Origin: Candidatus Cloacimonadales bacterium
Lineage (GTDB): Bacteria > Cloacimonadota > Cloacimonadia > Cloacimonadales > JAFGVF01
Direction: 5' to 3'
DNA: 64,000 nucleotides
NCBI GenBank assembly: GCA_963678315.1
Contig: OY782781.1
Coordinates: 1,984,001 to 2,048,000, forward strand
Below the pieces are notes generated by a model. The model saw only the letters and a list, made by a program, of their open reading frames with translations. It was not told where the DNA came from and ran no database searches. Positions 22,701-32,271 of this stretch are shown here, in pieces. Each line of letters starts with the position of its first letter. Position 1 is the stretch's first letter. The position numbers and the translations under genes were made by a program.

Positions 22701-24760
22701 GTACTGAAGCCAGATCAATAGTTCATTATAGTGATTCAATTGATGCAGATCCTTACAATCCTCCAACAGCTAATGCTACAAAAAATGCAATTGCTAATGT
22801 TAGATTACAATTCGGACAACTTCAAGATGCACCTGTTTTATCTGTGTATCCTGCAGTTAATGAATTTGAATTAACTCCTGTTGATGGACAATCTACAGAA
22901 AGACAAATCACTTTCAGATCAATTGGTCTACAAGATGTTGTTATCAATGAAGCTCCTGTTTTGACAGGTGCTGATGCTAGTCAATTTACAATCTCATCAG
23001 ATGATAACACATATCCTTTAACTATTCCTTTCAATGAAACTGCAACTATCAATGTTCAGTTCACTCCAACTAGCGATGGTGCAAAAACTGCTCAGTTAAG
23101 TGTTACTGATAACGCTACTAGAGTTGTAAATACAATTGATTTAACTGGTTATGCTTACGCAGATGATAATAATGATACTGTAACTGATGCTACTTCATTA
23201 GTTATTCCTCTTGATGGTGAAACTTTCTCAATAATGCCAGAAGGTGATGTTGATTGGTACAAAATCCCTGCTTTAGGTATTCAAGATACTATTACTATTT
23301 ATACTGAAATGGAAGATGGTTCTGACATCAACTTAAAAGCTTGGTTATATGGACCTGCTGCAAGTCCTAATGCTGTTGATGTTGCTAATCCAGTTGCTTC
23401 TGATGATAATACTCATGGTAATTCTCAACCTGAAATAGAATTCTCAGTTCCTGCAAGTGGAGATTACTATTTAAGAATCTCACAAAATACCTATGGACCT
23501 GAAGGTGCTAGAAGAAATAATCAAAGAAAGAATATTAATGGTGACGACTTAAGAGACCAAAGAAATACTACTGGTTTATATAACCTGTTTATTGAGGCTA
23601 TCTTCAATTATGACTATAATGCTCCTCTAAATGTTGAAGCTAATAACCAAAATGGTTATGTAGAAGTTTCATGGGATGAACCTCCTTACGAAAGAGCTTT
23701 AGTTTCTTATAATGTATATAGAGATGATGAAATGATAAACACAGAAGCAATTCCATTAGGCACTAATAGCTATAATGATGCATCAGTTATTATTGGTGAA
23801 GAATATACTTATTACGTTGTTGGTGTTTATACTGACCCTAATGGTGAATCTGTTCCTTCAAACAGCTCAACAATTACTTACTTTAGTATCGGTGATCCTT
23901 TATGGGGTGATGATTTTGAAGACCATGCTGACTTTGCTTTAAATCTTAATGGTTGGATTCAGTATGACTTAGATGAAAGTGATACTTATGGTGTTAATGA
24001 CATTGATTTCCCTAACTCAGGTTCTGCTATGTCATTTATCGCATTCAATCCATCTCAAACTACTCCTGCAATGACTAGCATGGAAACAATTTCTGGTGAA
24101 AAGATTGCTTGTTCTTTCTCAGCTTATGAAGGAAACAATGACTTCTTAGTTTCTCCAGCTATCACAGTTGGTACTACTTCTGTTCTTTCATTCTGGGCTA
24201 GATCATATACTGATGAATACTCACTAGAAAGATTTAAAGTTCTTCTTTCACTTGGTGGTGAAGATCCAGATGACTTTAGTTATACTCTTAATGATGGGGA
24301 ATATGTAGAAGCTCCAAACGAATGGACTTTCTATACATTCAATGTAAGTGAACTTGCTGGTTCAACAATCAGATTCGCAATCAACTGTGTAAGTGAGCAA
24401 TCATTTATCTTCATGCTTGATGATGTTAGATTTGATTCAACATCTGATGCTGTTCCAAATACAAATAATGATGTTGAAGTTATTACTTCAGCTCTTAGAA
24501 ATAACTACCCTAACCCATTCAACCCAGAAACTACTATTTCTTATGACTTAAAAGAACAAGGCAAAGTTTCAATTGATATCTTCAATATCAAAGGACAAAA
24601 AGTTAAAACTTTAGTTGATGCTAATCAAGAAAGTGGTAACCATAATGTTGTTTGGAATGGTAGAGATGATAATAATAAAAAAGTATCTTCAGGTGTTTAT
24701 TTCTACAAAATGAAAACTGATAATTACTCTGCAACTAAGAAAATGATTCTTATGAAATAG
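19736..24760 (+). CDS. Large secreted multidomain surface/adhesin-like protein (internal repeats, Ig-like and FN3 domains, cleaved-adhesin-like domain, FlgD-Ig/T9SS-like CTD), paralog 1
   Basis: Signal peptide; three copies of an 'IG....P...Y.YS.SQ.IY...E' type domain; DDFE..NDFLVSP..FMLDDV domain; NNYPNPFNPET..KKMILMK. Confidence 0.8.
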   Translation: MLKKLSILLVFLVALLSLYSVDVEIGTGTAETYYIPVNGLWDYGWSRTVYYQSELGNAADFTSISYNVSNEPSNYIFENQQIYYKLTDATSFSETVWVDPANDDSYTLIYDANITYNGSGWKQINLDQPIQYNGTDNIEIVFVNNDADYVSNYPKFLKTDAEESRSVYKYADNEFPAVDGTLASYYPNIRFSYAAENEPTASVLVSPEDNEIDITINTTLEWETGENTDEVDVYLSSDLSLVSSMDSSALLASSITATSYQVNDLDYNTNYYWMIVSRNTTNSLTAISTIKSFRTEMPQGSVLIGTGTATGQSLPFEPYYKYTVSQTIYQQSQINVQDKRVVSLSYQYNGNSAWEEDIVIYMGTTDLTAFETTSSWVSLDNLEEVYNGVISVPDTEGWVSILLDVPFTLSNTQNLVIATESNTPVYHASSDEFFCTSVEENVSLVKFSDSVDYDFITPPEGTLKNSFANIVMEVEDLPTEPVLAVNPTSIDFGENLINTTSLNTSVTVRNNGLGVLNVNSVVLDNTDNFILTDTNTYPLELTDGTITFNVSFTADTVGDYTGNITVTDSEANEVTVALTATAVDAMIYDFPYSEGFEDITSGTLPAYWSSITNSTASLAGSSISTYSAYEGSNCLKMTNSSDAEAEVKAITRPISEINTKRVKFFARVYDPTVSLQVGTISDVNDATTFNMIQNVTLSSTYAEYIVSFTAAQAGENMICFNFVGNGDTYESIMIDNVVVENIPAGSQISVLPDSLDFGNVYLDRTAEANLEIGNWGSDDLEVSLSSDNGIFTFVPETLTVEPSQTATVVVTLHPNAEGPLSEYFTITSNDTENTEMQVLGYANILAALPEGVVVIGDETLTQNLPIEPFYGYSYSQMIYTPNEVAIEGQQIEKISFYYNGHSAFEGDEFKIYMAHTDLTEFADTDSWIDINDFMNVYTGTLTVFELEGWVEFELDIPFVYDNTHNLVIACEENTTGYHGSSDDFYSSARTEARSIVHYSDSIDADPYNPPTANATKNAIANVRLQFGQLQDAPVLSVYPAVNEFELTPVDGQSTERQITFRSIGLQDVVINEAPVLTGADASQFTISSDDNTYPLTIPFNETATINVQFTPTSDGAKTAQLSVTDNATRVVNTIDLTGYAYADDNNDTVTDATSLVIPLDGETFSIMPEGDVDWYKIPALGIQDTITIYTEMEDGSDINLKAWLYGPAASPNAVDVANPVASDDNTHGNSQPEIEFSVPASGDYYLRISQNTYGPEGARRNNQRKNINGDDLRDQRNTTGLYNLFIEAIFNYDYNAPLNVEANNQNGYVEVSWDEPPYERALVSYNVYRDDEMINTEAIPLGTNSYNDASVIIGEEYTYYVVGVYTDPNGESVPSNSSTITYFSIGDPLWGDDFEDHADFALNLNGWIQYDLDESDTYGVNDIDFPNSGSAMSFIAFNPSQTTPAMTSMETISGEKIACSFSAYEGNNDFLVSPAITVGTTSVLSFWARSYTDEYSLERFKVLLSLGGEDPDDFSYTLNDGEYVEAPNEWTFYTFNVSELAGSTIRFAINCVSEQSFIFMLDDVRFDSTSDAVPNTNNDVEVITSALRNNYPNPFNPETTISYDLKEQGKVSIDIFNIKGQKVKTLVDANQESGNHNVVWNGRDDNNKKVSSGVYFYKMKTDNYSATKKMILMK

Positions 24761-24812
24761 TATCATATGAATAATAAAAAGTGTTGATAGAATTAAACAC
24801 TTAACAAGTTAT

Positions 24813-24844
24813 AAGGAGAAAAGACTTAGTTCTTTTCTCCTTTT
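24813..24844 (+). terminator. Intrinsic terminator
   Basis: aaGGAGAAAAGA-cttagt-TCTTTTCTCCtttt. Confidence 0.85.
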
Positions 24845-25027
24845 CTTTTTATATGTGACCTAGTATAATTGTTCCATGAAATAAAGAATTATGGTTACAA
24901 TTACACTCCGAATAACATACTATACAGACAGAAATAGATGTAACTGTTTGCTTAATAATTAAATAAGATCACCCTATACACGAAAAAACTTCTTTGTTTT
25001 ACAAATACTAATTTCTGTAAAAAATAC

Positions 25028-25056
25028 TTGTCAAAAATAATACAATATTGTACAAT
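25028..25056 (+). promoter_or_regulatory. Sigma70-type promoter for paralog 2
   Basis: TTGTCA-N17-TACAAT. Confidence 0.55.
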
Positions 25057-25192
25057 ACTATTGTTAATTGCATTTTCTCTAGTTGTTTCGACAATTCGCC
25101 ACTTTCGAAACGAATAAAACTTTTGAATCTAAAGTTAACAAATTGAGAGAACTAAAATACTTTTATTACAAAAAAAGACAAAAGGAGTGACA

Positions 25193-28100
25193 ATGCGAAA
25201 GAAAATTAGTTTCGTGATGGTTTTTTTAATGACGTTGATTTCACTAAGCGCAGTTTATGTAGAAATCGGTGCAGGTACAGAAATTAATCAATATGTACCA
25301 GCTTATGGGTGGTTTGACAATAGTTGGTCACGTTCAATTTACTTACAAACTGAAATTCAAAATGCGATTTCTATTAACATGTTAAGTTATCATGTTGGTC
25401 AAGATGGTGATAACTATGAGATGATTAATCAAAAAATTTATATTAAACACACAACAGACACATCTTATGATGCAGCGACTTATGTTGATCCGCTATCAGA
25501 TGAATCATACGAACTCGTTTTTGATGGTTCTATTACCTGGAATGGTATAGGTTGGAATGATATTCAATTAGACACTGAATTTGATTACAATGGTACAGAC
25601 AACATAGAAATCTTATGGATTAATGAAGATGGTTCTTATGTAACTGCTGAACCAAACTTTTCTGGTACAACTTTAGAAACTCCTAGAGCTATGTATAAGT
25701 ATCAAGATGGTGAATTCCCAGCAGTTGATGGTACATTAATTAATATTCTTCCAAATATTAGATTACACTTTGCAGCTGAAAATGAACCTGGATTACCAAC
25801 GCTTGTTAGTCCAGCAAATAATTCATTCAACTTAGCTACTGAAGTAGAATGTACATGGGAAACTGGTGATAATACAACCGGTATAGCTTTCTATTTTGGT
25901 GAAGATATGAACTTAGTATCTTCTTTAGATGAAACAGTTTTAATAGCTGAAGATTTAACTACAACTTCATATACAATGAGTGATCTAGATAACTTAACTA
26001 CTTATTATTGGAGAGTTGTTGCTTCTAATGATGTAAGTGAGTTTTTATCAATGTCACCTGTATGGACTTTAACAACTAACCCAGGTGATGATATAGTAAT
26101 GATTGGTAATGGTGAGTTAACAAACCAAGCTTTACCAATGGAACCTTTCTATGGTTATACTGTTTCTCAATCTATCTATCTTAATGAATGGTTGAATGTT
26201 GAAAACAAACGTGTAGAAGAAATCTCTTATTATTACAATGGTGGTAGTGGCTTCACAGAAGACAATATTCAAGTTTATATTGGATATACTAATCTTACTC
26301 AATTCGAGACAACAGAATCATGGATTGCTTTAGATCAACTTGTTGAAGTATATAATGGTGCTTTTACAGTTCCTGCAGAAGCTGGCTGGGTAACTATTAC
26401 TCTTGACACACCTGTAAACTTACCAAACTCTGAGAACTTAGTGATAGCTTTTGAATCTAATACAACAGGTTATTTTTCTTCATCAGATGAATTCTTATGT
26501 ACTTCTTCAATGGAAAATAGTTCTATTGTAAAATATAGTGATTCTCAAAACTATGATTTCATTACCCCACCGGAAGGTACTTTAAAAACTGCTTATCCGA
26601 ATGTAATGTTAGCTATTGATGATATTTCTACAGAAGCAGAAATATTTGTAAGCCCAACTGAAATTGTTTGGGATGAAACTGTTATTAATACTGCAACTGC
26701 TCCTACAACTATCTCTGTTAGAAATCTTGGTATCAATCCTTTAACTATATCAAGTATTGTTTTAGATGAAGAAACTAACTTCACATTAACTGATAACAAT
26801 ACATATCCAGCTCAAGTAACTGGTGAGCCTCTTCAAGTAGATGTAGTTTTCAACCCAACTGCTGTTGGTGATTATACTGGAAACATAACTGTAACAGAAG
26901 GTGATGGTTCAGAAACTATGATTACTCTAGCAGGTTCAGGTTATGATCAAGTTATTTCAGAATTCCCTCACTTTGAAGGTTTCGATGATTTAGCAACAGG
27001 TGAACTACCTAGAGATTGGTTACGCTATGTAATCTCAACATCTGATTACGCTGTAGTTGGTGCAAGCACATATAGTCAATTTGAAGGTGATGCTTGTTTC
27101 AAATTATCAAATTCTAGTGATACTGAAGCTACACTTTTAGCTATTACTCCACCAATTGATAATTTACCTGCAAGAAGAGTTAGATTTATGGCTAAGGGTT
27201 CTACAGCAGGACTTCAAATGGCTATCGGTACAGTTAACCTTGTTGATAGTACATTTACAGTTAGAGATACCTTAACTCTTACAAATGATTATACACAATT
27301 CGCACATAATTTTGCTAATTATGAAGGTACTGATGTAAATATCGGATTGCAATTAATTAATAATGGTTCTACATATCAAACTATCTATCTTGATAATTTC
27401 TATATAGAAAATATACCTACAGGTCCAGCAGGTATTGTTCACTCAGATACATTAGATTTCGGTGATGTATATCTAAACAGAACAGGTGTTGCAATGTTTG
27501 AAGCACAAAACTGGGGTATTGATGACTTCGTTATCAACTTAACTGATGAAGGTAACTTTAGTTTTCCTGAAAATACCGTAACAATAGATCCTGAATCTAT
27601 TGGAAATGTAACTGTTCTATTTACACCAAGTGAAGAAGGAGAATTCTTAGGTTCATTTACATTCACAACTAATGATCCAAACGTAACAAACCTTACAATA
27701 TGGGGTAGAGCTTTTGTCTTACCAGCATTACCTGATAACATAGCTGTTATAGGTACTGATGAGTTAACTAATCAGCACATGCCTATTGAACCATTCTATG
27801 GATATACTTATTCACAAGTAATCTACTATGCTAATGAGATTGGTATTGAAGGACAACAAATCGAGAAGATTTCTTGGTATTATAATGGTAACTCAGCTTG
27901 GTCTGGTGATGAATTTAAAATTTACATGGGACATACTGATGAAGTAAGTTTTGAAACTAATGATAGTTGGTTAGATATTAATGAATTCATGACAGTTTAT
28001 ACAGGTACACTTGATGTAACAGATCAAGCTGGTTGGATTGAATTCGAACTTGATATTCCTTTCGTTTATGATTATACTCAAAACTTAGTTGTGGCAGTTG

Positions 28101-30226
28101 AAGAAGATACACAAGGATATCATGCTAGTAATGATGAATTTTATTGTACAGCTTCTACTGTTCCAAGAGGTATAATTTATTATAGTGATGGAACTAATCC
28201 TGATCCTGTTGATCCTCCTTCTGCTAACTATCGTATGAACTCTTTTGCTAACATTAAATTAGAGTTCGGTGAAATTCCTAATGAACCAATGTTAACTGTT
28301 TATCCAGTAAATACAACTTACGAAATGGTTCCAGTTGACGGTGAATCAATGGAAAGACAATTCACAATGAGATCTATTGGTCTTCAACCTGTAACAGTTG
28401 CTAGTGCTCCTGTTTTAGGTGGAGATGACGCTGATCAATTTACAATATCAAATGACGATAATACTTATCCATTAACACTTGCATTTAATGAAACTGCAAC
28501 ATTTGGTGTTAAGTTTACTCCTACTAGTGAAGGTACAAAAAGTGCTTCTATTGAAGTAACTGATGATGCAGCAAGAATTACTCATACTCTTAACTTAGGT
28601 GGATACTCTTATGCAGATGATGGTAATGATACCATTGGTGATGCATCTACGTTAACACTTCCTGTTGATGGTGAGACTTACGCTATTATGCCAGTAGGTG
28701 ATATAGATTGGTATAAAATTCCAGCTATGGGTATCTTAGATACATTACTAGTTCATACTGAAATGACTGGTGGATCTAATATTAACTTAAAAGCATGGAT
28801 TTATGGTCCAGCTACTAATCCAGATGATATTGACTTAGCTTCTCCACTTGCAAGTGGTGGTTCTTCTACTGAAATCCAAACTGAATTGCCAGCAAGTGGT
28901 GACTATTACCTAAGAATTGCTGAATACTATAATGGACCAAGCTCAGCTATTAATCCTAGAACAAGAAAGAATGCTAATGGAAGCAATGAAAGAAATACAC
29001 GTGATGATATCGGACTTTATAACTTATTTGTAGATGCTATCTATAATTACGATTATAATGAACCAATTGATGTTGCAGCTGAAAATCAAAACGGTTATGT
29101 TGAAATCACATGGACTGAACCTGAATACGAAAGATACTTAGTAAGTTATGATATCTATAGAGACGAAAACATGAACGATGAAAATTGGGGTAGCATAATT
29201 AATGATAACCCAATTCCAATTGGAACTAACACTTATAACGATGCTACAGTTATCGTTGGTACAACTTATGGTTACACTATAGTAGCTAACTATGAAGATC
29301 CAGAAGGTTCATCTCTACACTCACAACAAGTTGTTATTACATATCAAAGTATTGGTGCTCCTCTTTGGGGTGATGACTTTGAAGAATATGATGACTTTGC
29401 TTTATCAATGGATCAATGGATTCAACATGATGGTGATGGTGCAGATACTTATAGTATAAGTGAAGTTGACTTTGCTAATGCTGGTTCTCCAATGTCTTAT
29501 ATCGTATTTAACCCATCAGCAACTACTCCTCCTCTAGAAAGTATGACTCCTCAATCAGGAGAAAAATTACTTTGTTCATTCTCTTCTACTGAAGGATATA
29601 ATGATGATTGGATTATCTCTCCAAGAATTACAGTTGGAACAACATCTGTTCTTTCTTTCTATGCAAGATCTTATACTGATGATTATGACTTAGAAAAATT
29701 CAAAATATTAATGTCATTAGGTGGAGAAGATCCTGAAGATTTCGCATATTCAGTTGGTTATGAAGGTGATTATATAGAAGCTCCAAACGAATGGACTCCT
29801 TATTTCATCAACTTAAGTGAACTTCAAGGTACTTCTGTAAGATTTGCTATCAATTGTGTTAGTGAAAATGCATTTATCTTCATGATAGATAACTTACGTT
29901 TCGATTCTGATAACGCAGTTCCAACAGTTGATAATGAAGTAATCCCAGTAGTAAGTAGCTTAGAACAAAACTACCCTAACCCATTCAATCCTGAAACAAC
30001 AATCTCTTTTGATGTTCCTCAAGCTAACAATGTTTCTATTGACGTTTATAATATTAAAGGTCAAAAAGTTAAAACACTTGTTAATGAAAACATGCAAGCA
30101 GGAAGACATTCAGTTGTTTGGAATGGTAAAGATTCTAACAATAAGCAAGTTGCATCAGGTGTTTATTTCTACAAAATGAAATCAGGTAAATATAGTAAAA
30201 CTAAGAAAATGATTCTTATGAAATAG
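25193..30226 (+). CDS. Large secreted multidomain surface/adhesin-like protein, paralog 2
   Basis: Collinear with 19736..24760 along its whole length; same CTD. Start placed at ATG 25193 after AAGGAG (track uses GTG 25187). Confidence 0.8.
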   Translation: MRKKISFVMVFLMTLISLSAVYVEIGAGTEINQYVPAYGWFDNSWSRSIYLQTEIQNAISINMLSYHVGQDGDNYEMINQKIYIKHTTDTSYDAATYVDPLSDESYELVFDGSITWNGIGWNDIQLDTEFDYNGTDNIEILWINEDGSYVTAEPNFSGTTLETPRAMYKYQDGEFPAVDGTLINILPNIRLHFAAENEPGLPTLVSPANNSFNLATEVECTWETGDNTTGIAFYFGEDMNLVSSLDETVLIAEDLTTTSYTMSDLDNLTTYYWRVVASNDVSEFLSMSPVWTLTTNPGDDIVMIGNGELTNQALPMEPFYGYTVSQSIYLNEWLNVENKRVEEISYYYNGGSGFTEDNIQVYIGYTNLTQFETTESWIALDQLVEVYNGAFTVPAEAGWVTITLDTPVNLPNSENLVIAFESNTTGYFSSSDEFLCTSSMENSSIVKYSDSQNYDFITPPEGTLKTAYPNVMLAIDDISTEAEIFVSPTEIVWDETVINTATAPTTISVRNLGINPLTISSIVLDEETNFTLTDNNTYPAQVTGEPLQVDVVFNPTAVGDYTGNITVTEGDGSETMITLAGSGYDQVISEFPHFEGFDDLATGELPRDWLRYVISTSDYAVVGASTYSQFEGDACFKLSNSSDTEATLLAITPPIDNLPARRVRFMAKGSTAGLQMAIGTVNLVDSTFTVRDTLTLTNDYTQFAHNFANYEGTDVNIGLQLINNGSTYQTIYLDNFYIENIPTGPAGIVHSDTLDFGDVYLNRTGVAMFEAQNWGIDDFVINLTDEGNFSFPENTVTIDPESIGNVTVLFTPSEEGEFLGSFTFTTNDPNVTNLTIWGRAFVLPALPDNIAVIGTDELTNQHMPIEPFYGYTYSQVIYYANEIGIEGQQIEKISWYYNGNSAWSGDEFKIYMGHTDEVSFETNDSWLDINEFMTVYTGTLDVTDQAGWIEFELDIPFVYDYTQNLVVAVEEDTQGYHASNDEFYCTASTVPRGIIYYSDGTNPDPVDPPSANYRMNSFANIKLEFGEIPNEPMLTVYPVNTTYEMVPVDGESMERQFTMRSIGLQPVTVASAPVLGGDDADQFTISNDDNTYPLTLAFNETATFGVKFTPTSEGTKSASIEVTDDAARITHTLNLGGYSYADDGNDTIGDASTLTLPVDGETYAIMPVGDIDWYKIPAMGILDTLLVHTEMTGGSNINLKAWIYGPATNPDDIDLASPLASGGSSTEIQTELPASGDYYLRIAEYYNGPSSAINPRTRKNANGSNERNTRDDIGLYNLFVDAIYNYDYNEPIDVAAENQNGYVEITWTEPEYERYLVSYDIYRDENMNDENWGSIINDNPIPIGTNTYNDATVIVGTTYGYTIVANYEDPEGSSLHSQQVVITYQSIGAPLWGDDFEEYDDFALSMDQWIQHDGDGADTYSISEVDFANAGSPMSYIVFNPSATTPPLESMTPQSGEKLLCSFSSTEGYNDDWIISPRITVGTTSVLSFYARSYTDDYDLEKFKILMSLGGEDPEDFAYSVGYEGDYIEAPNEWTPYFINLSELQGTSVRFAINCVSENAFIFMIDNLRFDSDNAVPTVDNEVIPVVSSLEQNYPNPFNPETTISFDVPQANNVSIDVYNIKGQKVKTLVNENMQAGRHSVVWNGKDSNNKQVASGVYFYKMKSGKYSKTKKMILMK

Positions 30227-30267
30227 TATCGTTTGAATGTATAATTCATAGTTAATAAAAGATAATT

Positions 30268-30294
30268 AGGCTGACCTTGTGTCAGCCTTTTTTT
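30268..30294 (+). terminator. Intrinsic terminator
   Basis: AGGCTGAC-cttgt-GTCAGCCTtttttt. Confidence 0.88.
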
Positions 30295-30437
30295 ATTGCT
30301 TATTCTTTCATAGAAAATAAATGTTAAAGATCCTTCATGCTTTCCAAGTGGTATATTACGAATATATTATTCCGAAGTGATAAGTTGTCTAAAGCATAGC
30401 ATTAAACCTAATGCATTATATGGGTTAAAACTCACTC

Positions 30438-30488
30438 AAAAGAAAAGGGTCTCCTGCATTAAAATACTATTTAATGCATGTGACTCTT
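30438..30488 (-). terminator. Probable terminator of the dcw/lpxB operon
   Basis: Minus strand aagagtc..tgcattaaa-tagtat-tttaatgca..gaccctt followed by ttctttt. Confidence 0.55.
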
Positions 30489-30551
30489 AATGATGAACTA
30501 TTTTTTTATATTGGAAATAAGGGGGAAATAAATTGTTTTGCTAGATAGAAA

Positions 30552-31166
30552 TCATTTTATATTGCTAGAAGTTAGTGAACCTTTTAGGTAGTCCATTTCA
30601 TTCTTTAAATCTAATTTAACTTTTTCAAAGTCTTCTTTAGATTCAACAAAATGTTCATCTCCATAGGCGATATGGATTGTAGAGAAAGGTTTTGGGAATC
30701 TAAATTTATCCCATGAATTAAAAACCCATTCTTTATTTATATCAACAGCTATGGGAATAATAGGCTTTTTAGTTAAATAGGCTGTTGTAAGAATACCATC
30801 TTTAATAGAATAAATAGGACCTCTAGGTCCATCTGGAGTGATGGTTATTGGGTAATGTTTTAAGTGTTTAATAATGTTTCGTAAAGCTGTTGTACCACCT
30901 CGTGAAGATGAACCTCTAATTGGTTCAAAACCGAGTTTTGAGACTGGACCAGCTATCAATTGACCATCTTTAGAATTCGAAATCATTGCTCCAATGTTAT
31001 TGTATTTATGAGCTAATGTTAAAGGAATTTGGTCTCTATGCCATATCATGTAGATAGCAGGATAGTTAACAAAAGGTCTGTTTCGTTTGATTTTAACTGT
31101 CCAGCTTAAAAGATTAAGTAATCCAGCTCCTAGATATGATTCAGCTTCAAGTAAAAACTTATTCAT
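30552..31166 (-). CDS. DUF374 / lysophospholipid acyltransferase family protein
   Basis: WH, MISNSKDG, IRGSSSRGG, ITPDGPRGP, SWDKFRFPKPF. Confidence 0.88.
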   Translation of the reverse strand: MNKFLLEAESYLGAGLLNLLSWTVKIKRNRPFVNYPAIYMIWHRDQIPLTLAHKYNNIGAMISNSKDGQLIAGPVSKLGFEPIRGSSSRGGTTALRNIIKHLKHYPITITPDGPRGPIYSIKDGILTTAYLTKKPIIPIAVDINKEWVFNSWDKFRFPKPFSTIHIAYGDEHFVESKEDFEKVKLDLKNEMDYLKGSLTSSNIK

Positions 31167-32271
31167 TTGATAGTCTCAAAATATGCTGTGCAACTCTTTC
31201 AGATGCATGTTTATTCCCTAGTAATGAACTAATTGAGTTAAGCTTAGCTTCAAAATCTTTGTAAAGATTGCTATCAGAAAGATAATAGTTTGCTTGTTTT
31301 AAAATATTGGAGGCTGTAGCTTCTTCTTGTATAAGCTCTTGAACAACTAGATCATCAGCAATTAGATTAGGTAAACCAATATATTTAATCTTTAGTATCT
31401 TTTTAGCTATAAAAACAGAGAGTTGATTTGCTTTGTAGATTATTAAGAATGGTGTTCCAATTAGGGCTGCTTCCAGAGTAGTAGTGCCAGACTTAGTAAC
31501 TAAGAAATCACTATGCTTCATTATATCATAGTTGTAATCAGTAATAACTTTTACATTTTTAAGACTATAAAAACTGGAATACATATCTTTATATGATTGA
31601 TCAGCAAGTGATATAATATATTGATAGGCAGGATTACTTTGGATTATATCATAAAAGAGTGGAAGGTGACGTTTAAGTTCCATTCTTCTACTACCGGGAA
31701 AAAGTCCAATAGTAGTTCTATTAAAATTAAGCTCCATTTCAGAAAAAAAGGCTTCTTTAGTATATTTTGTTGAAATCTCTTCAGCTACAGGGTGTCCAAC
31801 AAATTCATTTGCTACATCATATTGATTGAGTAGGGGAGACTCAAAAGGATTGATGCAACAAACAAAATCAGTATAATCTCTAATTTTAAAAACTCTTTTA
31901 TGCTTCCAAGCCCAAAACTGGGGACAGATATAGTAGAGCACTTTGATACCTAGCGACTTAGCAATCTTAGCAATTCTCAAATTAAGTCCTGGATAGTCGA
32001 CTAATACAAGGAGACTAGGCTTATCTTTTCTTAGTATTTCAGTAATGTCTTTTTCAACTTTAGAAAAGAAATCTAAATGCTTAATAACTTCAACAAATCC
32101 CATAACATTAAACTTTTCAAACTCAAAAAGAGATTGAAAACCGTGACTTGCCATTAATGGACCACCGACTCCATAATTATGAAAGTCACCTAGTTTGTTT
32201 AATTCTTTTAAGGCGTATGATGCATGTAAGTCACCAGACTTTTCTCCTGCTATCCAGAAAATCTTATTCAT
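31159..32271 (-). CDS. lpxB: Lipid-A-disaccharide synthase
   Basis: AGEKSGDLH, VDYPGLN, YYICPQFWAW, FVGHP, FPGSR, KSGTTTLE, GLPN. Confidence 0.95.
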   Translation of the reverse strand: MNKIFWIAGEKSGDLHASYALKELNKLGDFHNYGVGGPLMASHGFQSLFEFEKFNVMGFVEVIKHLDFFSKVEKDITEILRKDKPSLLVLVDYPGLNLRIAKIAKSLGIKVLYYICPQFWAWKHKRVFKIRDYTDFVCCINPFESPLLNQYDVANEFVGHPVAEEISTKYTKEAFFSEMELNFNRTTIGLFPGSRRMELKRHLPLFYDIIQSNPAYQYIISLADQSYKDMYSSFYSLKNVKVITDYNYDIMKHSDFLVTKSGTTTLEAALIGTPFLIIYKANQLSVFIAKKILKIKYIGLPNLIADDLVVQELIQEEATASNILKQANYYLSDSNLYKDFEAKLNSISSLLGNKHASERVAQHILRLSNE

